Shown: piece by piece, positions 25,959-38,464 of the stretch | Position numbering within the stretch: the stretch's first letter is position 1 | Layout of the letters: every line of letters starts with the position of its first letter | Position numbers and translations under genes: made by a program | Notes under the pieces: generated by a model | Told to the model about the DNA's origin: nothing | What the model saw: only the letters and a program-made list of their open reading frames with translations | Database searches by the model: none | Source of the DNA: Neoconidiobolus thromboides FSU 785 | Lineage: Eukaryota > Fungi > Entomophthoromycota | DNA: 64,000 bases | Direction of reading: 5' to 3' | Assembly: GCA_025603075.1 (NCBI GenBank) | Contig: MU626290.1 | Coordinates: 62,001-126,000 of the forward strand

Positions 25959-26090
25959 AAACATGCAAATTGTAGTTCCCCAACTTACGTTTTCTAAGGA
26001 TTTAACATAAAGGTAATGGAATTAATCCTTGTTAATTAGCTATCAAACTAAAACTTTTATTATTTCAATTTAGAATTAATTTTTAAAAAA

Positions 26091-26734
26091 ATGTCTGAAT
26101 ATTGTCCAGTATATGCTCCATTCTTTGCTACCATGGGGGTAGCTTCAGCTATTATATTTACTAGTGAGTTATTATTTTATTTTTTTAAAACTGATTTTAA
26201 ATTCTTGTTTTACATAGGTTTTGGTGCCGCTTATGGTACTGCTAAATCAGGTGTTGGTTTATCCGCTATGGGTGTTTTACGTCCTGATATGGTAATCAGA
26301 GCCATTGTTCCAGTTGTTATGGCTGGTATTATTGCTATTTATGGTTTAGTCGTAGCTGTTATGTCCTCTGGTTCTTGTGAGTCATAATTTGATTTTTATA
26401 ATTTATAATATTTAATCAATTTTTAGTGAACGCACAAATGCCACTTTATAAGTAGGTTAAAATTTAAATTATTTTTGTATTTTTATTAACAATATTTAGT
26501 GGTTTTATTATTCTTGCTGCTGGTTTATCTGTTGGTTTTTCTGGATTAGCCGCTGGGTTTGCTATTGGTATTGTTGGTGATGCAGGTGTGCGTGCTATTG
26601 CACAACAACCAAGGCTCTTTGTAGGTATGATCTTGATTCTTATTTTTGCTGAAGTCTTAGGTTTATATGGTCTCATTGTTGCTCTTATCCTTAATTCTAA
26701 AGTTACAGATAATGGTATCTGTACCAAATCTTAA
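26091..26734 (+). CDS. VMA3: V-type ATPase 16-kDa proteolipid subunit c
   Basis: [62 protein letters not shown] (catalytic Glu); 4 exons; c versus c' (VMA11) not fully resolved. Confidence 0.92.
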
Positions 26735-27095
26735 CAAAATATTTACCTATCAAATCAGATATAAAATTTATCTAAATTTCGATCAAATTAAATAGTGTTA
26801 TTTGGAATTTATTAACTTATATTGTTGAGCTTAATTAAGGTTACTTTCGATCTATTTTAATTAGTTAATATAGATGTTTTATTAGATATGGACTGAGTTA
26901 TAGGATTTAAAAAACAAATGTAAATAAATGAGTCCAATAAAAAGATCGATGAAGTGGTATATAATTAAAACACTTGAAAAAGATATAGTAAATGCAAGTG
27001 AATGAAATATGATAAACAGTTAAAAGTAGTCATATATTATTAAATTTAGTGCTGATATTCAAATAGCTTCGAGTAATAAACAAATTTATTGTAGC

Positions 27096-28536
27096 TTAAT
27101 AAGAATAACAATGTAAAATGGTAGAAGATTTAAATTGTTTCCTAAGTAAATTAACAAACTCTGAAGAAATTAAGGAACAATTACGTAAATCCAAATAGTC
27201 TAATGGATATGATGAGTTAGAAAGTAAAGTACTTAGCCCATGATTTGAAACCTTTGGACAATAGCTTAAATCAAGATAATTTAATTCTAAATTGGTTAAA
27301 AGAGTATGTAAAGTTTGTTCACCAAAAGTTAACCTAGAAATATTCAAATGTTTTAGACTTGATTTGCATTTTGATTTTGGATTAACTAAAGCTAATAGAG
27401 CCTCATCATTAATAGAAGGACAGGCGGCAATCGATAATATTTTCAACTTAGAGCATGAACTGGAAATAAACTTCACCCCAGTTATGTCAACAAAAGTTTG
27501 AGTTAAATTAATATCTACCAAATTACCAAGTACTTCTTTTAAGCAATAAATCACTTTACTATCAATAAAAAAATTTTTACTTAAATTTAAACAAGTTAAA
27601 TCTTGAAATGTTAATGCTAATAATCGAAAATAAAAATAAGGCTGTTCATTTCGAGTTAGTCCATTTTTCATACTTGATAAATTGATCTTAGTTATTAATT
27701 TATATTTTTTACAAAGTTCATTGATAATTTTTATTTCGAGTCCAGTTGTATTACTTATATCCATTTCTTTAAGGTTTGGGAATAAACAACTAATAGTATG
27801 TATAAATAACCCTTTTAATTTCAATCCAGCAACATTGAGATGCTTTAAGGTTGTTACTGATTTAATTAATTTACCATCTGTTGTATAAAATATATTATTA
27901 GTTAACTCATTTTTGGATATATCTAAATGAGTTAAATTTTGAACTCTTAATAATATCTCTTGAACAATATCTGCTGTTAATCCACAATTAGAAAGTGTTA
28001 TTTTTGTTAAATTGGTTTTATATTGTCTTATCAAAGGTGCAAAAAAAGTGAATGTAACTTTTGAATTAAGTATTTCAAAATTATTAAGATTTGGCCGATG
28101 AAAACTATTCAATTGTTTAAACCAGGTGTATTCTAATTTAGGACAATTATTTAAACATATAGATTTTAAGTTACTTCTAGCTCTCGTCAAAAATAATGAT
28201 AATGTATATACGGCATAATGTTTTCCATTTGAATAAAACAACCTTTTTTTATGGCTAGGATTACTAAAATTTAAATTTATATAACTCCATATCATTGGTA
28301 TGCTGATTATAGACCGTCGCCACGTTTTACATACGGTTCCTAAGGAATAGATCTCTTTTTGCGTTAAATAGGAAAATATTATCATTAATAATTCTAACGG
28401 TAGTAGATCTAACCATCTTAAACTAAACTTCTTAGGTTGTTAGATAGAACTTATTCACCATTTAATTGTTTTATTTTATTTTACTTACATGCTTGGTTTT
28501 ACTTTTAGCTACCTCGTTATTGGAACTAGACTCCAT
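27096..28536 (-). CDS. F-box / leucine-rich-repeat protein
   Basis: LDLLPLELMIIFSYLTQKEIYSLGTVCKTWR F-box; repeated LxxLdLsxC LRRs; short first exon inferred. Confidence 0.85.
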
Positions 28537-28797
28537 TATTTAAAAGAGTAGCTGAAAAATTAAATACTTTAAGGGATATCAATTTATAGAAGTGCAAACA
28601 AGTTTGCAAATTCTGACAAAACACTTGTTATAAGAATAGTAAATTGCAGCACTAAAGCAATCTTACTAGCAAATAATGGTCATTTTTGATCAAAGAAAGG
28701 ATTTACTGTTGCAAGCGGCAACTTTTCACTTTTTGCAATAAAAAATAGGATTATTTTACTACATTCTTATATTTTCGATTAAATTATAATAACAATA

Positions 28798-28894
28798 TAT
28801 AGGGATATATTTTTAAGAGTTTTATTAGCAGTTTTTCCACTCAAATAGCGCTTAAAAAATGGAAAAAGTGATGAAACTAAAAAATATCCCCATA
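28798..28894 (+). mobile_element. MITE copy 9 (small internal deletion)
   Basis: TTTTTCCACTCAAATAGCGCTTAAAAAATGGAAAAAGTGATGAA core; ...ATATCCCCATA. Confidence 0.9.
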
Positions 28895-28999
28895 TATTTG
28901 TTTAAATACTTTATAAATTTCAACCTTTTCATTTCAATAAAATGTAGAAAATAATTTGATTAAAAAAACAAAATTTTTATATCTGTTGAACTTTGACTT

Positions 29000-29990
29000 T
29001 TATTTCATTAATTCTAGTAGCTCATTAACCCATTCCAATGAACCATCTTCTGTTATCACTACATCATATTTCTCGATATATTCTGGTAATAAAACTTCGG
29101 TATTGTGATTAACAAAACCAATAGTTAAAAGAGTAGTGGGATTAAAATTATTACTCATATTTAAATCACTAAGAGAATCCCCTAATAAAATACAATTATG
29201 TTTATTTTTAATTTGCTGATTGAATTCTAATTCATTTATTAATACATCTCCTTTGTTTAATATATGTATTAAGGGTTCTTTAAAACCTATTAATCTATAA
29301 GGTTCCTCTTTAGAAAATATCATGGTGTTGGAAATGATGTGTATATTATTATTGAAATAGCCTTTATTTAGTAACAAATGTTGAATTATATCTGTTTTAT
29401 TTTTGTTAATAATGTAATAATAAAATTTATTAAATTTGAAATTTACCTGTCAGCCCCGCCGAAAATATTAGTAAAGGTATTTTGTTTTTATTTATTAAGT
29501 TAAAAAATCTATCAGAATCTTGTCTATAGTTCATTTCATATTTAGATAATCCTTGTTGAATTTTATTAAGTGTTAGCTCCTCTTCAATATAATAGCTATG
29601 AATTGCATTCCACCAATTAACTATATGTTCCTCATTTTCCTCAAAATTTTTAGTATAATTTTTAACATATTGAATGTATTTTGCATTCACTTCCAATTCC
29701 TTAATTTTAAAACCTTCCGACACGATATCGGTTTGTGTAATTACCTTATGAGTATTTAGCATTTTTTTACCGTTAAATGAATATTTGGTTAACGTGGCAT
29801 CAAAATCTTATAAATATTTAATATATATACATATATAAAGAAAGGTTAAAATACCGGATATTATGTATAACTTATTGTATCCATCTTGCACTAATCTTTG
29901 AAGTTTAGTTTCTAAATGAGTTTTATTTTTATAGTGGATATTCGTTTGATTATTTATGTTTATCATTAAATTATTGATAATCGGATTCAT
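29000..29990 (-). CDS. Cytosolic 5'-nucleotidase 3 (NT5C3/UMPH-1, HAD family), tandem copy A
   Basis: IIS|DFDATLTKY, NWW, LLIFSAGL, LLGDSLSD, LTIGF; 3 exons. Confidence 0.88.
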
Positions 29991-30235
29991 TTTAATAGAT
30001 GAACTGTTTAGTAAAAAAAGTTAATAATTATCTTTTAATATTGATATTCTTTTGAAATAATTTGTTACGTCACTATTGATTTCTATCCTTAACAAACATA
30101 AATTCAGTAAAATTCTATTTATTGTTCTTTAAATGGTTGAACAAGACAAGACTTGTAAAAGAAATTATTTCTGCTATTACAATTAATGAAAACGTTTAAC
30201 GAAACATACTTTTGAATACTATTAATAAAATAATA

Positions 30236-30336
30236 TATGGAGGTATTTTCTAGCTTCATCACTTTTTCTATTTTTTAAGCGCTATTTGAGCAGAAAAATT
30301 GTTAGTAAAATTCTTAAACAAAAATATATTCACATA
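30236..30336 (-). mobile_element. MITE copy 10
   Basis: Reverse match ...TTTTTTAAGCGCTATTTGAG...TTAGTAAAATTCTTAAAC. Confidence 0.85.
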
Positions 30337-30781
30337 TTCATTTGTAAGTTTTAATTTGGGAATATACTTTACATATTTGAGTCTTCATTTAAAGCTTTAA
30401 AGGGAAGATAACTAAACTAATGATGAATTTATATAGAATAATATGAATACATATGGATAAGTTTAAAAGCTCAATTAAAATCAAAAGCAAAGTTCTATAA
30501 TTCACTTTTTTTGTCCATTTCCCATGTAATGTAAAACTTAAAGACTATTAAATAAAACTAGATAAAAAAAGTCTCAGTAAATTATTTTCAAATTAAACAA
30601 AAAAGTAAAAAATTTGTAGCACTAAGTGCTTAATTTGTATTTTTCGCTAAAAATTAAATTATTTAAAATTTGAACCAAGCTTTTAAACTACCTTATATAC
30701 TTATGAATAAAATATTGAGATTAACAAATAAAAAATAAATTTTGCTTTATAAATAAACCCAAAGAAAAGCTATACAAAAAC

Positions 30782-31787
30782 TTAATTTAATTTCTCTAAT
30801 AAATCATTAACCCATTCCATTGAATCATCAGCAGCAATAACAACATCAAATTTATCTAAATATTTTGGTAATAAATTTTCTACATCATAATTTAAAAATC
30901 CAATAGTTAATAAGTTATTATGATTTAGCCCTCCTTTCATACAAACATCACCAAGAGAATCTCCAAGTAATAGACCATTACTTCGATTTTCAATTTCATT
31001 ATAAAATTTCATACCTTCAAATTTTATAACCCCTTTACTTAATACATGAATTAAAGGCTCTTTAAAATCAATAATGTTCTTTGGTTCTTTTGTATCAAAT
31101 ATCATAGAATTAGAAACTACATGTACGTTATCATTTAAATAACCCTTGTTTTGTAACAATATTTCAATTATATCTAAATAAAAGATATTAATGTGTTAAT
31201 AATTAAATATGAAAAATATAACTTACCTGCTAATCCAGCCGAAAATACAATTAAAGGTAAACCTTTTTGATTAGCCAATTTAAAAAAGTCATTACTACCA
31301 TCTCTATAAACCATATTAAATGTATCTAATCCTTCTTTAATAGCTTGGTATGTCAACTTTTCATCAATAAAAGCTTGATGAACTAGAGTCCACCATTCAA
31401 CCATCTTTTGATATTTTTCTTCATAGCTTAAAGTTTGAGATATTTCAAATGGGTAATATTTTTCAAATAACGCTTTTTCGTTCTCTTTAAACTTATCTGA
31501 TACAATACCAGTTTTGGTCAAAACAGCATGTGAGCCTACATTTCGATCTCCATTGACCCAAAATTTACTTATGGTCATATCAAAATCTACAAATGTTAAA
31601 TTTATTATTTAATGTAACATAAGAATAAAAAATAGCTACCTGAAATAATATGTAATTTATTAGCTCCGTCTTGAAGGATATTAGCTACCTTTTGCTTTAC
31701 TTTAGCTTCGTCACTAAAGTATACATTCTTTAAACTTTTGGGATTTAATTGTATATCGTTATAGTCGTTAGTTTCAGAGAAGGTCAT
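30782..31787 (-). CDS. Cytosolic 5'-nucleotidase 3 (NT5C3), tandem copy B
   Basis: IIS|DFDMTISKF, KMVEWW, IVFSAGL, LLGDSLGD, LTIGFLN; same two intron positions as copy A. Confidence 0.9.
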
Positions 31788-32033
31788 ATTGCGTCTTAAT
31801 AATAATAAAGGAATCTAAAATGTATTTAATATTAATTTTACAGTTGTCTCTTGGTTGCTTTATATATCGTTGAAAGTTTCAAAATAGAACAGTCATGATG
31901 AATAATGATTTCTAATGTTCATTTAAGTAAACTCAATTCCTCCAATAAGAATGAAATCATTTGATAGCGTGCATAAAAAGCTTTTTAAATTTGGATTAAT
32001 TCCAATTTAAGTTAATTACAATTTTATTTTTCA

Positions 32034-33526
32034 ATGGATTCAGATTCCCAATACTCAGATTCAACTAACAAAAACGGGGACATTGATTTAGAAGATTATG
32101 GAGAAACATTATTGAAATATGAAACTTCATCATTATTAGTTATAGTAATAGATTTACATCCTTTTGGTTGGAATAAGACTAAGAGTAATTTTCGAGATTA
32201 TTCCGAAGAGAAACAGAAATCAAAGACATTATATTTTAAAAGAGCTTTGGAACAGATTTTAGTTTTTATTAATGCATTTCTTGCTTCTTCTCATAATAAT
32301 CAAATCGCTTTAATTGCTGCCCATCCAAAGGCTTGGTAAGGGTTTTTTGTTATTTTTTATTATATGATAATATAATATAATAATTTCAATCATCATTTAA
32401 TTAATAGTACTAAAATTAAATCAATTAAACTTAGCGAATTCATCTATCCTAGCCAAAAAGAAATCCAACCAGAAGTAATATCAAGATATGAAAATTGCGG
32501 GCGAAAAGCACCTATTTTAGAAGATGGAACGAAATTGGAATTATCAAAATGTGGAAATTATTTTGAATTTAAAAAAGTGAATATTCAAATTCAAGAAAAT
32601 CTTGATGATTTTATTGGTAATATGGACATTGAATTAAATGACTCAAGATATAGTAAGTTTTAGTTTATTTATTTATTAAATTTATAATTAATTTTATGTT
32701 TAGAGTACTCCTCAATTACAGCAGCTATTTCAAAGGCTCTTTGTTGTAAGAAATTTAGATAAATTTATGTAAAAAAATTAAAATCAATTTAGATACACAT
32801 CAAAAAATAAAAGAAGAAGCTTTGAATAACTTAAAATCGCGTATATTAATACTATCAGTATCACCTGATCCACCTCATCATTATATACCTATGATGAATT
32901 CCATATTTTCAGCTCAAAGGATGGTAATTAAATATTTCAAGTAGAATAAAGTTCTATAATTAATTATTCCAGAACATTCCCTTAGACATTGTCAAACTGG
33001 CAGGCGAAGATTCAGTATTTTTACAGCAAGGAGCACATATCTCTGGTGGTCAATATTTAGATTTAAGACCAGATATAGAAAAGTCAAAAGATGAACAATA
33101 TCAATCTTCACCAATTTCACTATTACAGCATTTATTATTTGCTTTTTTACCTGAACATCAAATAAGAGATTTAATGGTTTCCCCATGTCAACCTGGTGTG
33201 GATTTTAGAGCTTCTTGTTTTTGTCATAAAAATGTGATCAATATCGGTTTTGTTTGTTCTATTTGTTTATCAAGTAAATCAAACCAAATTTTATTAAAAT
33301 TTAAAACTAATTTTTGTTCTATTTAGTTTATTGCCAATATTATGAAACATGTAACACATGCAGGTAATAATTTTAAATTAATTGATCTTAGATTTTTATT
33401 GATTTCAATCTTATTTTTAGTTCAAGACTTTCAATGAATAGAATACCAGTGAATATTAATAATGTTACTAATGAAGCGAATTTAAATACTAATGGGGAGG
33501 ATTCACATGCTAATGGAGTTCATTAA
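32034..33526 (+). CDS. TFB4: TFIIH subunit Tfb4/p34 (GTF2H3)
   Basis: LLVIVID, FINAFLASSHNNQIALIA, SRILILS, QYIPMMNSIFSAQ, VDFRASCFCH...IGFVCSICLSVYC. Confidence 0.92.
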
Positions 33527-33912
33527 TTGATATAGTAAATATAAAAGTTTACTTTTTTATTATAAAAAAGTAAGATTGATGTCTTAATGTTTAAGGAATA
33601 TTACACAAAAGGATACAAAACTTTAAAGTATTTTTATTAATATTGTGGTAAATACTCTTAAAAGTTATTTTAAATTATTAAATTGTTACAATTAAAATAG
33701 CTCTTATTACTATATATTTGCATTGTATCTCAAACCTTATTGTTATTAAATTAAATTTTAGTTTTGGCACTTAATTTTGATATTTAATCTTAGAAAGTTA
33801 TTAACAATAGAATCTAATAGTCGAGTTTAACATAACGTCTTTGTTTTAAGGTGTTTAATATCAAATGAATAAAACAAACTTTAACAGAAAATAAGATTGT
33901 AATTAATATTAA

Positions 33913-34308
33913 GATTTTTCTAAAGTAATTTGACCTTTTTAATCTACCCAAAAAGAAGTAATTATACTTTACAATCACCAATCATAAAACATTAACTACT
34001 TTATTATTCATTTATAATAAATGTTCATGATATGTGGATGTTTTTTGGTTTCATTACTTTTACATTTTTTAAGCACTATTTGAACAGAAAGATTTTTAGT
34101 AAAATTCTTAAATACATAATACATCTCCATATTAAAAATTAATAGTATAATAGAAAACTATTTAGCCTATCTTAATTATACCACTAATATTTTTTCGATT
34201 GAAATTTATTTTTGATAATTGCTTAATTTTACAAAAGCTAGTTATAGTTGCAGTTAATTACTTTTGCCGCCTGCACCATATAAAAAGGTCAGATTTAAAA
34301 AATCACTA
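33913..34308 (+). repeat. Repeat family R2, copy 2 (contains MITE insertion)
   Basis: Collinear with 8848-9228 apart from a deletion and the MITE at 34031-34131. Confidence 0.75.
34031..34131 (-). mobile_element. MITE copy 11 (inserted in R2)
   Basis: TATGTGGATGTTTTTTGG...AATACATCTCCATA; absent at the homologous R2 site near 9055. Confidence 0.9.
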
Positions 34309-34479
34309 TAAAAACAGTGGAAAAACATTGTTTATTTCTAAAGCCTAAAAAATAGAACTTAGTCTAAAATTTACTGTTAACTTACACAACCAATCAATCT
34401 AATCCATCCAATTTCCAAATAATTCAACAATTCAATTTTAATTTTCTATTTCTTCAACACTCATAAAACATAAATTTAC

Positions 34480-35491
34480 ATGGATTCAATCAAGCCCGGT
34501 AACATTGACAATAAACTACCGCTTACACAATCAGCAACCACCTCAGTAATAAAGCATGCCTACAATGAGTTGAAGAATGTCAGTCAAACAGAAGAAATAT
34601 CTTCCGAAGAAGAAATTCAAGAGAAAGAATTCCCACATTTATCAGGTAAAAAAATTATTGATCAAATTCGAGATATAGCAAAAAGTAAACTCAAAAGAGC
34701 ATTGGAGACAGAAGATGAGGTAAGTCTCAATCAAATAATCTAATGAACTTATATTTTAACTGTAATTAATGTATAACAGAATAATGAAGAGATAACTGAA
34801 ATTAATGGAATAGATCAAGAAAATATCATGGTGAATAGTTTGTTTTCCCATTTAAGAGGATTACAACGTGTTATTCAACAAAAATCAAATGAACAAAAAG
34901 AAAAAAATAAAAAAATAAAAGAAGATATTAATATTAAATATAAAAAATATAAAGCTAAAGAATTAGAAAACAAGGTATTGTTAGCTCAGAATAAAGCCAT
35001 TATAAATGAAAGGTAGGCCAATTTGAATTAGAATATATGAACCAAGATTTATGGAACTTTTTTTAATAGAGAAAATGAAGCTACAATTGAGTTAATGCCA
35101 GAAGATATATTTAATCAAAAAGTTGGGGAAGAGTACAACAAGCTTACGGATGAACATGAGAAATATGCTATAAAATTAAAAGAAGAACTTATTGAACGCA
35201 AAAGGTAAACTATTAGATTAATAAAAGAAACTTACTAATAATGAAATTAATTCATAATATTTATTTAGACTAAATGCGATTATCAATGGTTATGAATCAC
35301 ATAAATTTAAATTTAAAGTTCAACAATCTGTATTTGAAAAAGATCTTAGTAAAGTGAAAGCTCATGCTAAAACTTATAGTAATGTAAAGGTTTTCTAGGA
35401 TTCATTTGTTTATCATATTTATAATTTATTGATTTAGTCCATTGCTTCATTAAGAGATGCCGTTGCTAAAGTCAAAACGACAGGGAAATAA
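34480..35491 (+). CDS. THO complex subunit 5 (FmiP/Thoc5 N-terminal)-like coiled-coil protein
   Basis: LFSHLRGLQR, IELMPEDIF, DEHEKYAIKLKEELIERKRL resemble the THOC5 N-terminal pattern; 5 exons. Confidence 0.6.
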
Positions 35492-35630
35492 TCAACTTGA
35501 TTTACTTTTTTAATTACTTATAAATAAATTTAATTGTTGCTTCTATTTATTTATATATTGAGTTTGAATTAATGTTTTATTTAATAAATAAAATAATAGA
35601 ATGGAAATAATAGAATATAATGGTTATTTT

Positions 35631-36147
35631 TTAACCCCAAGCTGGATTCGAACAATAATTTACAATTAACTGATTATCTACTTGAAAACACTAAATAATA
35701 GTTAATATCATATTTTACATATAAATAATCCATTGTATTACTTTAAATAAATTTAATACAGACTCATCAGGTGCTGGAGAAAACTGAGAGTTAATGTAAC
35801 AAAACTAGAAAAATAATACTATCAGTTATCAATTCAACTTCATTTTACAGCTATAGATAAAAAAGAACATGCAAAAAACTATTTACCAAAGCATCAGATT
35901 CTTTTAATTTAATTTGTTTCTTTAAAAAATTAACCAAAGTTTGAAATGGATAACTTGAATTAATTTTATAATGATTTTGAACCATAATAGGTGCGTTTCC
36001 AACTGCTCGAAAACGAACTACAACTAAAGACATTTTAATAATCAATAATTAATAGTTGATAATTAAATATTCCTCTTTATTACCTTTATTTTTATCATCT
36101 TTTTTAGTTTTATTTGTTGAGGTTGAAATGCTACTTGTTTCTGACAT
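35631..36147 (-). CDS. ATG12: Ubiquitin-like autophagy protein Atg12
   Basis: KVVVRFRAVGNAPIM, FCYINSQFSPAPDE, LIVNYCSNPAWG* (terminal Gly); 4 exons. Confidence 0.95.
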
Positions 36148-36373
36148 GATAAAAAATGAATACAAAATTAGAATTCAAGTTTTAAGCAGTAGCCATTTTT
36201 ATTCGCACATTATTGGAATTGAATTACAAAAATAACTACATTGAAATGAAATTGATTATGTCATTATTAAAAAAGAATAAAATCAAAATTTGAATATATA
36301 ATCAAAATGAGTATATAAATTATGTTTCTTTATTTCATTTAATAAAAAGTAGAATCATTGTATTCCAAATAGT

Positions 36374-37903
36374 ATGCCCGCCTTAGGAATTATTGATATT
36401 GGCTCCAATGCTATACGTTTTAGTATTTTAAATGAATTACGCCCTTGTTTACCTATGATTTATAGTGAAAGAATCAAGATTGCTTTATTACCTGAAATTG
36501 AAGAGTTAGGAGAAATAAAGCAAGAGACGTTAAAAAATATAATCAATGATTTTAAAAGATGTAAGTTGATATTGGAGAGCTACGATAAAGAGTATGAAAT
36601 GAAATTAGTAGCTACGGAATCAATAAGGAATTTAAAAGATCAACTAAGTTTTATTGAGTTAATTAAGAAAGAATTAAATTGGGATTTAACAATATTAACC
36701 AAAGAAGAAGAATCCAAGATTACTAGTTTTGGGGTAGTATCTTGTATTTATAATGTCAATGGATTAATCTTTGATTTAGGTGGTGGTAGTTTAGAAATTA
36801 ATTATTTAAATACCAAAGATAAGACTATTAAAACTCAACCACAATCTTTAACTTTAGGTTCCCAAAGACTATTAGCGTATAAAAACGGAGAGAATGGAAA
36901 TATAGAAGAGATTATTGAAAAACAATTAAAACAAGGTTTATTGGATTTAAATGAAAAAAAATTTCAATATGAGAATGTTTATTTTTCGGGTGGCGGTTTA
37001 AGAAGTATTGGTTATTTATATATTCATGAGAACAATATTAAAAATTTTATCATGAATGGGTTGGTTATTAAAAGAGATGAGCTTATGGCTGTTTTAAATA
37101 GGTACATTTCAATGAAACAAGAAGATATTAATAAATTAGATATTCATCATATATCTAACCAAAGAAAAAGTCAATTGAAAGGTAATTGTTCAATAGCAAA
37201 TAAAGTATTACAATTATTACCTAATATCAATAATATTATATTTTCAATTGGTGGAGTACGACATGGATTAGCATATCAATTAATTGAAAATCAAACAATA
37301 TCACCCTTTTTAGATTCAATTAACTATTTTTTAAAAAACAAATCAAAGTTATTTAAAGAAGTTGAAGAATATATATATATATTATTTAAAGATATATATC
37401 AACAATATAATGTTAATAATGAATCATTAAAAGCAATCATTAAATTATGCCAATTTTGTAATTTTTTAAATAAAGATCATTTAGGACATTATTTATTAAA
37501 TCTTCTACTTGGAACCGGTGAATTGGCTATGTGTCCGGGTATTTTAATTGAACAAAGATGTGAGTTAGCTATTTTATTAACTTATGTTTATGGTGAAAAT
37601 ATGGATATTAGTTTAATTAAATCCTATTTACCAATCAAGATTAAAAAACAGCGAGTTAAACAATTAAAATTATTAGGTAGGTTAACGGAATTAATATTAG
37701 CTTTACAACCGTTAGCTTATAGTAATAAAGAATTTATGAAGTTGGAATCAAAACTGAAATTTAAGATTATTGATGAGGTAAACGAAGTAGAGATTACTTT
37801 TAAAGACTTGTTTTTAATAGCCAAATCAGAATCATGGAGAAAAAAGATGGATAAAATTAATAATATGGAGAATGTAAAGCTTAATGTATCTATTTTAGAA
37901 TAG
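36374..37903 (+). CDS. Ppx/GppA-family protein, Rtg2-like (intronless)
   Basis: IIDIGSNAIRFSI, VATESIRN, EEESKI, FDLGGGSLEI, SGGGLRSIGY, GGVRHG. Confidence 0.8.
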   Translation: MPALGIIDIGSNAIRFSILNELRPCLPMIYSERIKIALLPEIEELGEIKQETLKNIINDFKRCKLILESYDKEYEMKLVATESIRNLKDQLSFIELIKKELNWDLTILTKEEESKITSFGVVSCIYNVNGLIFDLGGGSLEINYLNTKDKTIKTQPQSLTLGSQRLLAYKNGENGNIEEIIEKQLKQGLLDLNEKKFQYENVYFSGGGLRSIGYLYIHENNIKNFIMNGLVIKRDELMAVLNRYISMKQEDINKLDIHHISNQRKSQLKGNCSIANKVLQLLPNINNIIFSIGGVRHGLAYQLIENQTISPFLDSINYFLKNKSKLFKEVEEYIYILFKDIYQQYNVNNESLKAIIKLCQFCNFLNKDHLGHYLLNLLLGTGELAMCPGILIEQRCELAILLTYVYGENMDISLIKSYLPIKIKKQRVKQLKLLGRLTELILALQPLAYSNKEFMKLESKLKFKIIDEVNEVEITFKDLFLIAKSESWRKKMDKINNMENVKLNVSILE

Positions 37904-38464
37904 AATAATTATGAGTGTAATAAAATCAAGCTATTCTATTTATACCTTCTATTTTACTATTTGTTTACTTATGTCTACTTACATTTATACACAGATTTCT
38001 ATGTTTTAAAAAGTTTATAATAAAATTATTTCATGTACAAAATAGTTGTATTCATAGACGTTAGTATAATTTAAATAGTAAACTACATCCTATTATAATA
38101 TCTAATATGTCTTGAAGCAATTCTTTATAACAGTAATCTGTGATTAATAACAAATTATACCATCTATTCATTAACATTTTACTCATAAGTTAATCTAATT
38201 TGGTAGACTATTACCTTTATAATTAGACAATATCAATACGCGTATGTAGGAATTTTCAGTATATATTATTTTGTATAATCCTAGTATTTGATATATTATA
38301 TATATTTAGTTTTATATTTAATACTAATATTAATATAATATACTAAATGAAGAAATATTGTCATTTAAATCAATTAATAATTTAACCCATAATAACTACC
38401 AATCCAATTTAACTCAAAATAAAATACTAAAAAATAAAAAATTTCAAAGATTATTTATTAAATA

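Noticed and set aside
35631-35652. GTTCGAATCC B-box-like motif on the minus strand suggesting a tRNA remnant
   Set aside because: It is the coding end of ATG12 (CSNPAWG*); no cloverleaf
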